Source: Macrostomum lignano
Taxonomy: Eukaryota
Assembly: GCA_002269645.1 (NCBI GenBank)
Contig: NIVC01000202.1
Location: 124,001-188,000 of the forward strand
Direction of reading: 5' to 3'
Length of the DNA stretch: 64,000 bases
Shown here: positions 37,423 through 53,204 of the stretch, piece by piece
How the letters are laid out: each line of letters opens with the position of its first letter
How positions within the stretch are numbered: position 1 is the first letter of the stretch
Made by a program: the position numbers and the translations under genes
Notes under the pieces: model-generated
What the model was told of the DNA's origin: nothing
The model's database searches: none
The model's input: only the letters and a program-made list of their open reading frames with translations

Positions 37423-39402
37423 ATGTTTCTGCCGCCCAGCCAGTGCGGCCAGGGCCAGTCGGCCCTAATCGAGAAGGCCCGTCGACAGCGGGACGAGCGT
37501 CAAGGCGAGCGGCGTCGCGAACTGTCGGCCCTGCGCATACAGGCCTGGTATCGAGGCCAGCTCGCTCGCATCCGCCTGCGCTGTCAACTGCGCGACGAGT
37601 TCCGCGCCAGCCTGTCAGCCGCTGCGCCAGCTGGCGGCGGTTCAATCAGCGCCGAGGAGCTGCTGTCTGCGGCGGCGAAACTGCTGTACAGATTCGATCC
37701 GATCCGAGATCTGGCCGATTTCGAGCTGCTAGCCCGCCGTCTGGTCTCGAGCTCAGAGGCCACCGCTTCGCGCGCCGCCTACCCGGCGCTGCTATTAAAA
37801 AAAGCCCGCGCCGCGGCCTGCGCCGCCCAGCTTAGCAAACTGATTGCCGCCATCTCGGCCTGTCTGGCCGCACTGCAGCCGGACACTAATGCCGGACACT
37901 TGCGCACGGCCAGCGTCTGTTTGAGCGCACTGTTGGCTCTGTCCACTCCCGAACGGTGGGGCTTCCTGTCCGCCCTGTCTAATCGAGAGGCCTACCTCTC
38001 CGGTCTGAGGCCCCTGCTGGCTCGGGCCTTCTCCGGACCCAGCGGCGCCTCCGCATTGCTGGCCTCCATTGGCCGCTTCCTCTGGCTGGGCCTGGCCAGG
38101 CAGAAATCTCTCCTGTCCCCTCTGCTGCTCGGCGCCCTGCTCACCGCGTCTCTGCGCGCCGCCGATTTAGGCGGCTGGACAGCCGGCCTGATTGACGACT
38201 TCCTTCGACATCTGCTGTCCGTGCCCGGGCTGGTTGCTCACGCGGCCGCGGCTGGCGAGGCCGCTCTGCCCGGCCTGCTGGAAGCCGATGCTGCCGGTCG
38301 GCTTGTCGACCGGCTGGCCGAATCCGACGCCAGGCCGCTTTGCAGCGAGCAGTCGCCGTTGGACGCCGGTCGGCTGCTGTGCACCCTGGCTAATCTGGTG
38401 CAGCTGGCCCAGCTGGATCTGCGAGTTTTAGCCGACCGGCTGCCCGCATTCTGTCTGGCCGCGTCCGCTTTGCTGAGACGCCTTCGCCAGTTAGTTAGCA
38501 ATGGCCGGGCCGCCTCCAGCACTAGCTGGCATCCAGTGCTTGGCTGGTTCTCTCATCCCTGCGATCCCGGCCTGCAAGAGTCTATGCCAACCGTTGCTAA
38601 GCAACTGCAATTATTATGCGGAGCTAAAATGGTCCGGCTCTTATTTGCCGATTTACTCGGCTACGAAGTGTTCACTTTAAGATTTCACGACGAGTTGGCT
38701 TCCGGCGGAAGTGGCAGCGGCGGCGGCTCCTCGGGCAGCAGTGGGATCAGCATCAAGCGGCCGACATTCCGCCTGTTGAAAGGCTCGTCTTCTTCGGCGT
38801 CGAAAACGTCGTCAACTTTGCCTCTGCCCGCGGCGGCTTCGGCCTCGTCATCGGCGTCGGCGTCTGGGGCGCCGGCGCCCGTTCGCGAGCTGGCCGGGCT
38901 GCGGCTGGCGGACACCGGCGACTGCGGCGGCGGCGGCAGTGGCAAGCGTCAACAACAGCAGCAGCAGCAGCGCTGTTGGCTCCGACAGTCAGCCCAGACA
39001 GCCTGCCAGCTCTATCTGCAAGCCAGCAGGGCCCTGTCGCAGATGCGTAACGACATACTCGGCGGACTGTGGATCAGCGACCTGCCCAGGCGGCTGTGGC
39101 GCCTTGTCCAGTCATCTGGCAGCGCCGCCGATTGGTCCTCCGTGGCCAATGCGGCTGCCAAAACTGCTTCGCAAAATAATCATTGGGAAGACTCGTCGGC
39201 TAGCCCGCTGCACCTGTTGACCCTATTCTGCGAGAGCTCGGCCGCTCTGCTGACGGTGCTGGACGATGTTGAACTGTTTGAACAGGAGCGCTGCCTGCAG
39301 CTGACAGAGCTGGCGTCTTTGGCCGCCTTCCTGAATCGGTTTGTCTATTCGCACGTGTGCGCCGTCGGACCGGATGCTGCCAATGCTGGGCCCGCCTTTC
39401 AG
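37423..39402 (+). CDS. UBE3B: HECT E3 ubiquitin ligase UBE3B, exon 1 of 5 (IQ motif)
   Basis: MF...IEKARRQRDER...IQAWYRG N-terminus. Donor CAG|GTTTGT, phase 0. Confidence 0.9.
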
Positions 39403-39436
39403 GTTTGTTGCCCGAGTAAATGTAAGGTTGTGCACG

Positions 39437-40556
39437 ATGGTCACTCTTCTGCCACTTGACTGTCGCTATGGATGGTCACTTCTGCCACTTGGCTGTCGCT
39501 ATGGATGGTCACTTCTGCCACTTGGCTGTCGCTATGGATGGTCACTTCTGCCACTTGGCTGTCGCTATGGATGGTCACTTCTGCCACTTGGCTGTCGCTA
39601 TGGATGGTCACTTCTGCCACTTGGCTGTCGCTATGGATGGTCACTCTTCTGCCACTTGACTGTCGCTATGGATGGTCACTCTCCTGCCACTTGACTGTCG
39701 CTATGGATGGTCACTCTTCTGCCACTTGACTGTCGCTATGGATGGTCACCCTTCTGTCACTTGACTGTCGCTATGGATGGTCACTCTCCTGCCGCTTGAC
39801 TGTCGCTATGGATGGTCACTCTCCTGCCACTTGACTGTCGCTATGGATGGTCACTCTTCTGCCACTTGACTGTCGCTATGGATGGTCACCCTTCTGTCAC
39901 TTGACTGTCGCTATGGATGGTCACTCTCCTGCCGCTTGACTGTCGCTATGGATGGTCACTCTTCTGCCACTTGACTGTCGCTATGGATGGTCACTCTCCT
40001 GCCACTTGACTGTCGCTATGGATGGTCACTCTTCTGCCACTTGACTGTCGCTATGGATGGTCACTCTTCTGCCACTTGACTGTCGCTATGGATGGTCACT
40101 CTTCTGCCACTTGACTGTCGCTATGGATGGTCACTCTTCTGCCACTTGACTGTCGCTATGGATGGTCACTCTTCTGCCACTTGACAGTCGCTATGGATGG
40201 TCACTCTTCTGCCACTTGACTGTCGCTATGGATGGTCACTCTCCTGCCACTTGACTGTCGCTATGGATGGTCACTCTCCTGCCACTTGACTGTCGCTATG
40301 GATGGTCACTCTTCTGCCACTTGGCTGTCGCTATGGATGGTCACTCTTCTGCCACTTGGCTGTCGCTATGGATGGTCACTCTTCTGCCACTTGACAGTCG
40401 CTATGGATGGTCACTCTCCTGCCACTTGGCTGTCGCTATGGATGGTCACTCCTCTGCCACTTGGCTGTCGCTATGGATGGTCACTCCTCTGCCACTTGGC
40501 TGTCGCTATGGATGGTCACTCCTCTGCCACTTGGCTGTCGCTATGGATGGTCACTC
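39437..40556. repeat. 33/35-bp minisatellite (GATGGTCACTCTTCTGCCACTTGACTGTCGCTATG), UBE3B intron 1
   Basis: About 32 copies. Confidence 0.95.
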
Positions 40557-40683
40557 CAAAAGGCCACTGAGGGGAGTCAGTGGTTGACTGCTATACTGCG
40601 GTCTCAATAGTGGCTCTAAGTGATTGCACGCAGGGATTTATAACATGCCCCGATTTTCTGCACGCCCCTCCCCCACTCAACAG

Positions 40684-41097
40684 GCGGCCCTCCGCCTTCT
40701 GGCCGTGCTGCACACGAAGGACACCAGGCATCCGTTCTGTCCGCCAGCGGTTTGGCTGGTGCCCGGCCTGAAGCCGCACGCCTTCCTAGCCGATTTAGAG
40801 CGCGAACGGCCGGCTGCTCAGTTCCTATTGCGCGCTTGTCCTCACGTGCTACCATTGCGCGAGCGTATCGGCTTGTTTCGCCGGCTAGTCCGATCCGACA
40901 AAAATGCTTTAGGCCTGCTTGCTTTGGAGACTCCGCCGTCTACGCTGATTGTTGTTCGGCGAAGCCAGCTGGTTGAGGACGGCTATCGACAGCTGGCGGC
41001 GCTGCCCGTGGCCAAATTGAAGGGCACCGTCCGGGTGCGGTTTGTCAATGATCTGGGACTGGACGAGGCCGGCATTGATCAGGATGGAGTCTTCAAG
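40684..41097 (+). CDS. UBE3B: UBE3B exon 2 of 5
   Basis: Acceptor CAACAG|GCG. PHVLPLRERI...EDGY...GLDEAGIDQDGVFK. Donor AAG|GTGCGC. Confidence 0.9.
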
Positions 41098-41109
41098 GTG
41101 CGCTTGCTC

Positions 41110-41648
41110 TTTGGTTGCTGGTCTTTTGGTAGGGTTTCTGGTGTTTTGGTAGGGTTTCTGGTTGTTCTGTTGGGTTTCTGGTGGTTCTGTTGGGTTTCTG
41201 GTGATTCTGTTGGGTTTCTGATGCTTCTGTTGGGTTTCTGATGCTTCTGTTGGGTTTTTTATGGTTCTGTTGGGTTTCTGCTGGTTGTGTTGGGTTTCTG
41301 ATGCTTCTGTTGGGTTTCTGGTGGTTCTGTTGGGTTTCTGCTGGTTGTGTTGGGTTTCTGATGCTTCTGTTGGGTTTCTGATGCTTCTGTTGGGTTTTTT
41401 ATGGTTCTGTTGGGTTTCTGGTGGTTCTGTTGGGTTTCTGCTGGTTGTGTTGGGTTTCTGCTGGTTGTGTTGGGTTTCTGCTGGTTGTGTTGGGTTTCTG
41501 GTGGTTCTGTTGGGTTTCTGGTGGTTCTGTTGGGTTTCTGATAGTTCTGTTGGGTTTCTGCTGGTTGTGTTGGGTTTCTGCTGGTTGTGTTGGGTTTCTG
41601 ATGCTTTTGTTGGGTTTCTGCTGGTTCTGTTGGGTTTCTGCTGGTTTT
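41110..41648. repeat. 20-bp minisatellite (GTTGGGTTTCTGCTGGTTGT), UBE3B intron 2
   Basis: Direct reading. Confidence 0.94.
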
Positions 41649-41688
41649 AAGTCGTAAGTTACCAATATCTTGCATGATCCATCGGCAG

Positions 41689-42057
41689 GAATTCCTGGAG
41701 GAGATCCTCCGCCGCGTGCTGGACCCCAGCCTGAACCTGTTCAAAGCCACTGAGGACCAGCGCCTGTACCCTAGCCCGACTTCTTGCGTGCAGGAGAATC
41801 ACCTGCTTCTATTCGAATTCGTTGGCCGACTGTTGGGCAAAGCTGTGTACGAAGGCATTGTTGTTGACGTTGCATTCGCCACGTTCTTCCTCACCCAGAT
41901 GCTTGACAGGCAGCGCTCCTCATTCTATAGCTTTGTTGACGAGCTGGCCAGCTTAGACGCTATGCTGTACAAGAATCTCACCTTTATTAAGCACTATGAG
42001 GGCGACCTGTCCGAGCTGGAGCTCACCTTCAGTTACGATGAGGACGTCATGGGTCAG
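41689..42057 (+). CDS. UBE3B: UBE3B exon 3 of 5 (HECT N-lobe)
   Basis: EFL...LYPSPTS...[20 protein letters not shown]. Donor CAG|GTAATC. Confidence 0.93.
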
Positions 42058-42063
42058 GTAATC

Positions 42064-43646
<1,583 letters not shown>

Positions 43647-43662
43647 CTCTTCGCTTCCGCAG

Positions 43663-43916
43663 GTAGTAACGCACGACCTGGTGCCTGGCGGCCGATTTGT
43701 TGCCCTCACCAACGAGAACCGGTTCAGCTACGTGCACCTGATGGCCAACCTGCGCATGCACACTCAGATTCGCCAACAAGTGGCCGCTTTCTTGCGGGGC
43801 TTCCGTCAGCTTGTGAGCGCTGATTGGCTGAGAATGTTTAGCCCGCCCGAGCTGCAGTGTCTCATCGCTGGGGAGGCTACCGATATAGACCTGGACGATC
43901 TCAAACAGCACGTCAG
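43663..43916 (+). CDS. UBE3B: UBE3B exon 4 of 5
   Basis: Acceptor CCGCAG|GTA. VVTHDLVPGG...MFSPPELQCLIAG. Donor AG|GTAAG, phase 2. Confidence 0.93.
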
Positions 43917-44009
43917 GTAAGACAAAGGGCCTTTTGAGTTACACGGGAGTGAATCTCGGTTTGGGTTAATGTAAACCTCCGTGTATTATTGTGGGAATAT
44001 CATATCTTA

Positions 44010-44320
44010 GTGTCAGAATCTCAGGATTTAGGTGTGAGAATCCCAGGACTTAAATGTAAGAATCTCAAGACTTAAATGTGAGAATCTCAGGTCTCGTGTG
44101 AGAATCTCAAGACTTGGGTGCAAGAATCCCTTCTAGAGCCTATTCTGATTACCTAGAAATGTGATATTGCTTTTTCGCCTAACATAAGTCCTGAGATTCC
44201 CACACCTAATTCCTGAGATTCCCACACCTAAGACCTGAGATTCCCACACCCCAAGTCCTGAGATTCCCACACCTAAGACCTGAGATTCCCACACCCCAAG
44301 TCCTGAGATTCTCACACCTA
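44010..44320. repeat. Inverted pair of ~21-bp arrays (GAGAATCTCAGGAC / GTCCTGAGATTCCCACAC), UBE3B intron 4
   Basis: 44010-44130 resembles the reverse complement of 44185-44320. Confidence 0.75.
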
Positions 44321-44612
44321 GGGGCTGTAGCCTAGTGGTTAGAGCGTCGGACTCATGACTTGAAGGTCGGGGGTTCGATTCCCGATCCCACTAAAACAAT
44401 TTGTATCCTTGAGCAAGACACTTGACTCTGCATTGCTTCAGTTCACCCAGCTGTAAAATGGGTGCCAGCATTAGCTGGGGTAATTGAGGGGGTGTGTGGC
44501 GACCCCCCAGTGCTTGGACTGAACAGCCGTACGCAGCCTTCAGATGCGCCGCGTAATAGCTGCGGCTGAGCTGTCGGTTGCACATCTGGCCCAATCGGGG
44601 CAGGTGTAATCA
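44321..44612 (+). mobile_element. tRNA-derived SINE, family B, with a CORE/MIR-like conserved central domain
   Basis: A-box TAGCCTAGTGG, B-box GGTTCGATTCC, then CCTTGAGCAAGACACTTGAC...TCAGTTCACCCAGCTGTAAAATGGG (44407-44462). Confidence 0.8.
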
Positions 44613-44730
44613 ATTAATCTTTTTTTATTAATATTTTTTTACCCTATTAGATAAAAAACGATAGCCATCCTCTATCTGCCTACTACAAGTAGCAAAACCA
44701 GCAATTTCAAACTGAATGATAATTTGTCAG

Positions 44731-45115
44731 GTACTACGGCGGCTTTCACAGCGGCCACCGCGTCATCCAATGGCTCTGGGAGGTGCTGGAGCGCGACTTC
44801 AGCCCAGCTGAGCGAGCCCTATTCCTCAAATTTGTCACTTCCTGTTCTCGACCACCGTTGCTGGGATTTGCTCATCTCCAGCCTCCGCTCTCCATCCGTT
44901 GCGTCGAGGTGGCCGAAGATCAGGACACCGGCGACACGCTGGGCACGGTGCTCAAAGGCTTCTTCCGAATCCGGTCCGGCCGAGACGCCCAACGACTGCC
45001 CACTTCGTCCACCTGCTTCAACTTGCTGAAGCTGCCCAACTACGCCAAGAAGGCCACGCTGAGGGACAAGCTGAGGTACGCGATCTCCAGCCACTCAGGG
45101 TTCGAGCTCAGCTGA
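44731..45115 (+). CDS. UBE3B: UBE3B exon 5 of 5 (HECT C-lobe); spliced CDS 3402 nt = 1133 aa
   Basis: [18 protein letters not shown]...DQDTGDTLG...[17 protein letters not shown]...GFELS with the catalytic Cys. Confidence 0.95.
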
Positions 45116-45209
45116 GCCTTCATAAGCCTATTGTTTTAATTGTTCGGGGGACCATTTGTATGGCCTTGTGTTCAAGTTTCTCTGAGAAACGACCCTATCT
45201 ATCTCCTGT

Positions 45210-45868
45210 GAGATTCCTGGGGTCTTTGGTGCGACTCCTGGGGTCCTCCGGTGCGATTTCTGTGGTCCTTCGGTGCGATTCCCTGAGATTCCTGTGGTCC
45301 TTCGGTGCGATTCCTGTGGTCTTTCAGTGCAATTCCTGTGGTCCTTCGGTGCGATTCCTGTGGTCCTTCGGTGCGATTCCTGTGGTACTTCGGTACGATT
45401 TCTGTGGTCCTTCGGTGCGATTCCCTGAGATTCCTGTGGTCCTTCGGTGCGATTCCTGTGGTCCTTCGGTGCGATTCCTGTGGTACTTCGGTACGATTCC
45501 TGTGGTCCTTCGGTGCGATTCCTGTGGTCCTTCGGTGCGATTCCTGGGATACTTCTGTGCGATTCCTGTGGTCCTTCGGTGTGATTCCTGTGGTACTTCG
45601 GTACGATTCCTGTGGTCCTTCGGTGTGATTCCTGGGATACTTCTGTGCGATTCCTGTGGTCCTTCGGTGTGATTTCTGTGGTCCTTCTGTGCGATTCCTG
45701 TGGTCCTTCGGTGCGATTCCCTGAGATTCCTGTGGTCCTTCGGTGTGATTTCTGTGGTCCTTCGGTGCGATTTCTGTGGTCCTTCTGTGCGATTCCTGTG
45801 GTCCTTCGGTGCGATTCCCTGAGATTCCTGTGGTCCTTCGGTGTGATTCCTGTTGATCCTTCGGTGGG
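45210..45868. repeat. 22-bp minisatellite (GATTCCTGTGGTCCTTCGGTGC) just 3-prime of UBE3B
   Basis: Direct reading. Confidence 0.93.
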
Positions 45869-47292
45869 CCACTTTAATCGCTTTGGTCCTTTGGTGGACC
45901 TCTTTTATTTGTTAACATCGCTCATTATTTGAAATGCCTGTTCTCCAATTGCATTCTCCACTTAGTGTCCACTCACTGTCACTAGTGAGTAGTGTCCAAG
46001 TTTTTTTCTGTGAAAATACTAAATCAAAAAGCTAGCTTCTCTAATGTCTAAACAGTATATATTTAAGCAGATTGTTTGCGACTTTGAAGATATTTTCACA
46101 AGTACTGTCTTGTTGAGTTAATGTATATATAGTATATACGCTTCGCAATATGTACACAATCGAGTAGATTGTAATGCACAGTCTTTGTTGTTTGCTGTCT
46201 AAGTATATTAGCACATAGCATATAATTGCTTACAGTAACGTCATTATAAACTTACTATGCGTTACGGAGCCTGATTAAACAGCTTCGGCTCGACTCGGGA
46301 CAAATTATTTAAAATTGCGTCTTATTCTTCTTGCTTGTCCACGCTAAAAGTTGCTTTCAAAATGCAGTTATTTTTAAAATCATTAAGATTTCTGTTCTTA
46401 TGCTGCACTTTACTACATATGTCTGTTATTAATCGAATAATCTGAGAAAATATATATACATAACTGAAATTGTAGAGAGAGACCGATGCAGACTCTAATC
46501 CAAATTATCCAAATTAAATTCCCGTTTGTCTCCATAATTTAAATGGCTTTTTTAGGTATGTGGCTATAGTATATGCATAAATAAGTTTTATAGCATTTTG
46601 TCTTTATTTTTACTGAGTAAGTAGGCAGTAGCGAAAGTTGAAGCCGCTTTTTTTATACACCTGACACCTCTTGTCACTCTTTTTCAATGCGAGAAAAGTT
46701 AAATACACAACATATCGGCGATGCTTTACTGTTTTTCCTTCGTCGTTTTCTGATCTAGGAAGTTCATATATAGAAAAGGCACGTATTAAAATTCAGCACG
46801 GATAATATCATCAAAAATATTTTTCTGTCTAAAAATATTGTTCCCCTCTCCCCTCCGGGATCCAGCTATCGGATTCCTGATTTCCCGTCTTATATCTGGT
46901 GCAAACTCGAGGACAAAATCGGAATCAAGAATTTCGAAACGATGCGGCTTGTTTAAAAATAGCTTTCGTTTCTCGCCTCTTCAAGTCGCCTACGCATCTC
47001 CCATATTCCGCAAGGCCTTCTCTTTTGTTCGGCTGCTGGATCGACTCTTCCTCTCTTCCCTCCGCCTCCTCAGGCCAGCCCGCCTACGCATTTTCAAGTC
47101 GCGCGTGCTCTCTCGGCTGGATGTAGGGGAGGGGGGCTAGGCTTTGGAGTTGATTTTTTACCCTTCCGTTTTTGCTTTGCTCTGCTGAACAGGAATATTA
47201 AAGTGTTATCTTGCCGTGCTCTTCAGTTTACAATGGAATGTCTCACTGTCTCTTATTTATCCTCTTCTCCGGGTCTTGTGTCTGCTACTCCA

Positions 47293-47998
<706 letters not shown>

Positions 47999-48388
47999 TC
48001 TGTCTGTATTATGTCCGTCTATATTTGAGATTACAACGATATTAATTTGAGAAGGGTCGAGATCATCCAGTCCTAGCCATACTACAACATTAATCGCTGA
48101 AGACCAATTCTTCATATCCATCATTGAATATCTTTTTAATTGCAAAAGCCTCTTCGCGGTTCATTCTACTCGTAGAAGAAGAAGCCTTTTCTGAACCAAG
48201 GCTGGTCTACGGTGCTCAATGGGCTGATGGGGCAAGCTTCAATTATTTCTTAAAATAGAATTTCTGTTCCACAAAATGATAATCGGCTCTACAGAGCGCA
48301 TTAGGACGCGACTTTTCTGCCTCAGGCTCTGGTTGTAAAAATAGACATAAAAGGATAAAATTCTTATGCGATTGAAACCTAATCGCCT

Positions 48389-49349
<961 letters not shown>

Positions 49350-49619
49350 GCATAAAGCAGCTGCGTCCGCCAAGCGCACTCAATGACAGCAGCAGAGGTT
49401 TGCTGAAAAAGTACAACCAAAGCCTCACTAATTCAAAGAGGGTAGAAAATGGCAATGAAGCGATGCCAAGAGATCAGGGTTATTTAGTGCGTTTGAAATT
49501 AGCTTTGAGATTATTTTCCAATTTAAAAATGCTGACTGACTGATTGATTGACAGACAGACTGACAGACGGACAGATACAGACACGACTGTAGAGACAGAG
49601 ACAGGAGACAAAGACAAAG

Positions 49620-50005
49620 ACAGGACGGACACAATGGCGCTAAGACAGGAAAAGACAGACACAGTGGCGCTAAGACAGGACAAGACAGACACAGTGGCGC
49701 TAAGACAGGACAAGACAGACACAGTGGTGCTAAGACAGGACAAGACAGACACAATGGCACTAAGACAGGACAAGACAGACACAATGGCGCTAAGACAGGA
49801 CAAGACAGACACAATGGCGCTAAGACAGGACAAGACAGACACAATGGCACTAAGACAGGACAAGACAGACACAATGGCGCTAAGACAGGACAAGACAGAC
49901 ACAGTGGCGCTAAGACAGGACAAGACAGACACAGTGGCGCTAAGACAGGACAGGACAGACACAGTGGTGCTAAGACAGGACAAGACAGACACAGTGGCGC
50001 GCTAA
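49620..50005. repeat. 30-bp minisatellite (TAAGACAGGACAAGACAGACACAGTGGCGC)
   Basis: About 13 copies. Confidence 0.94.
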
Positions 50006-50129
50006 GAAAAGAAAATACAGACAATAGCACTAAGACCAGACAGACTCCAGTCCATGATAATCAGGCTGGAATGAGGCTTGCGAGTAATGAAACTGGGTGC
50101 CGTCAGCATACTGTCTGAACATTTTCCAG

Positions 50130-50821
50130 ACAAAAGGCTTAACAGCAATCCGCGCCACTGCGGCGCGCTGCCTTTTAGCGCGCGTCCACCCGGCTGCGCT
50201 GGCGGCGCCGTCGCTGCTCGAAGTCAGCGGTTGGCGGCCCCGGCGGCTTCGCCAAGCCGCGTACTTTCTGCGCAGCGGCGCCGGCTGCGGCGCCCTGCTA
50301 GTGGAGCTGGAGCATTGGTCCGAGGTTCGCGACTACCTGGTCGGCGCCGGGACTGCAGCCGCACGAAGCGGCAGATTCTTCCTACCGTCGCCGGTGCTCG
50401 GCGACCCGGCCTGGGCCTTGGCGGCGGCGGCTGAATCGTCGGAGTGCCGACGCCAGCGCCTGAGCCCTGGCGTGTTCCGCCTAGCCGGGCTCAGCCTGGC
50501 GACCAGCCCGACAAATTTTACAGCTGCCGGTTTGTCCGGCCAGGCCATGCGGCTGTGTCTGTCGGCTCTGCTGCCGGAGCCTGAGCTGCTGGCGCGTCAT
50601 CTGGTGGCCGTCCAGTGCGACCGGCTGGCGGCGGCGGTAGGGCTCGACCGGCGGGTGGTCATTGTCGGCGGCTCCCGCTGCGGCTTCGGCGTCAGGGGCG
50701 CGCCGCTCAGCCTGCTGATGCTGCCGAGGCAACGGCAGTGCCGGGGTGGCAGCGGCGGCGGCGGTCGGTCGAAGGAACCCGCGGCGGTTGACGCGGCCGC
50801 GTTTAACACTAGGGAGCCTCG
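50130..50821 (+). CDS. Mitochondrial poly(A) polymerase/TUTase-like (Pol-beta nucleotidyltransferase fold) protein, first identified exon; catalytic DxD absent
   Basis: Acceptor TTTTCCAG, phase 0. RHLVAVQCDRLAAAV...VGGSRCGFGVRGAPLSLLM resembles recalled MTPAP RYLTCSLIEDMAAAY...FGSSVNTFGKLGCDLDMFL. Donor CG|GTGAG, phase 2. Confidence 0.65.
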
Positions 50822-50835
50822 GTGAGGATTTCGCT

Positions 50836-52295
50836 TGGATGGGATTTCTAAATGTTGAGTGGGATTTCCAAATGCTTTGTGGGGATTTCTAAATGCTGGG
50901 TGAGATTTCTAAATGTTGAGTGGGCTTTCTAAATGTTGAGTGGGATTTCTAAATGTTGAGAGTGGGATTTCTAAATGCTGTGAGGAATTCTAATTGTTGG
51001 GTGGGATTTCTAAATTTTGAGTGGGATTTCTAAATGCTGGGTGAGATTTCTAAATGTTGAGTGGGCTTTCTAAATGCTGTGTGGGAATTCTAATTGTTGG
51101 ATGGGATTTCTAAATGTTGAGTGGGATTTCCAAATGCTTTTTGGGATTTCTAAATGCTGGGTGGGATTTCTAAATGTTGAGTGGGATTTCTAAATGTTGA
51201 GTGGAATTTCTAAATGTTGAGTGGGATTTCTAAATGTTGGGTGGGATTTCTAAATGTTGAGTGGGATTTCCAAATGCTTGGTGGGGATTTCTAAATGCTG
51301 GGTGGGATTTCTAAATGTTGAGTGGGATTTCTAAATGTTGAGTGGGATTTCTAAATGTTGAGTGGGATTTCTAAATGATGGGTGGGAATTCTAAATGTTG
51401 AGTGGGATTTCTAAATGTTGAGTGGGATTTCTAAATGTTGAGTGGGATTTCCAAATGTTGAGTGGGATTTCTAAATGTTGAGTGGAATTTCTAAATGTTG
51501 AGTGGAATTTCTAAATGTTGAGTGGGATTTCTAAATGTTGAGTGGGATTTCTAAATGTTGAGTGGGATTTCTAAATGTTGAGTGGGATTTCTAAATGTTG
51601 GGTGGGATTTCTAAATGTTGAGTGGGATTTCCAAATGCTTGGTGGGGATTTCTAAATGCTGGGTGGGATTTCTAAATGTTGAGTGGGATTTCTAAATGTT
51701 GAGTAGGATTTCTAAATGTTGAGTGGGATTTCTAAATGATGGGTGGGAATTCTAAATGTTGAGTGGGATTTCTAAATGTTGGGTGGGATTTCTAAATGTT
51801 GAGTGGGATTTCTAAATGTTGAGTGGGATTTCTAAATGTTGAGTGGGATTTCCAAATGCTTTTTGGGATTTCTAAATTTTGAGTGGGATTTCTAAATACT
51901 GGGTGGGATTTCTAAGTGATGGGTGGGAATTCTAAGTGATGGGTGGGAATTCTAAATGTTGAGTGGGATTTCTAAATGTTGAGTGGGATTTCTAAATGTT
52001 GGGTGGGATTTCTAAATGTTGAGTAGGATTTCTAAATGTTGAGTGGGATTTCTAAATGTTGGGTGGGGTTTCTAAATGTTGGGTGGGATTTCTAAATGTT
52101 GAGTAGGATTTCTAAATGTTGAGTGGGATTTCTAAATGTTGGGTGGGATTTCTAAAAGTTAAGTGGGATTTCTAAATGCTGGGTGGGATTTCTAAGTGAT
52201 TGGTGGAATTTCTAAGTGATGGGTGGGAATTTTAAATGTTGAGTGGAATTTATAAATGCTGGGTGGGATTTCTAAGTGCTGGGTGGGATTTATAA
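50836..52295. repeat. 20-bp minisatellite (GAGTGGGATTTCTAAATGTT)
   Basis: About 70 copies, starting about 15 nt after the donor. Confidence 0.96.
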
Positions 52296-52944
52296 ATGAG
52301 GAGTTCGCTGTGATTAGATATTATTTCTATAGGATGAGAATGATAGTATTCAATTATAAGATTAGGATTTTCTTAGAAAGTCGGCAGATTGATTTAAACC
52401 CTAACTGTTTTATTTGTTTTATTTCCGCAATAAAATACGTCAAAATACGGCCCTAATTATGAAGGATGCGTCACACCTGTACACCTGTCCAGGCCCTAAA
52501 ATCTCTTTGAAGCGTAGCCTCAAGGCTGGTTCAGTCAGCCAGAGGATTTGCCGAATAAGCAGCTGCAATGCATTTAATTACCAATGCAGTATTTGGGAGG
52601 CGGTTTGCCTGGCTAAATTGAGCCAATTAAATTGAATAACAGGGCGCAACGATTATCCATCCGTTCTCTTGGTGAAAAAATCTCTTCTGCAACCTATGAA
52701 CAGCCTGTGACGTTCGCTTGAATAAGTGCGGATTTGTATTCCTTTGACTTTCTGTTTCAATTTCTTTTCAACAAACGGCTCGTGTAGTGACGCGCGCGAA
52801 GCTATTCACTGCTTTGACCAGATTATTCGCTTTCTTAAATAATTTCGCTTTGCCGGCGTCAGTTTAGTTCGTAAATTATTTTATTTTAACTATAACTTCA
52901 TTCAACTTTATATTGGGATCTGACGTCATGGCTTATTATATGCC

Positions 52945-53135
52945 ATACTGATCTTCCCATCTTCCCACACTGATCTTGCCATCTTCCCACACTGATCTTG
53001 CCATCTTCCCACACTGATCTTCCCATCTTCCCACACTGATCTTCCCATCTTCCCACACTGATCTTGCCATCTTCCCACACTGATCTTCCCATCTTCCCAC
53101 ACTGATCTTCCCATCTTCCTACACCGATCTTCCCC
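52945..53135. repeat. 22-bp minisatellite (CCCACACTGATCTTCCCATCTT)
   Basis: Direct reading. Confidence 0.92.
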
Positions 53136-53204
53136 ATCCTTACATCATTTATCTTTCCCATCCTTAAACTCCTATATTTTAGTGCAAGGATAACATTCTC
53201 CCGA

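Noticed and set aside
44321-44393. tRNA-Met gene
   Set aside because: Anticodon and acceptor stems are poorly paired, there is no T-run terminator, and it continues into a SINE body.
46838-47140. Arg/Leu/Ser-rich ORF as the first exon of the MTPAP-like gene
   Set aside because: No ATG and only a weak GTAGGG donor. Kept only as an alternative to the SL-start hypothesis.
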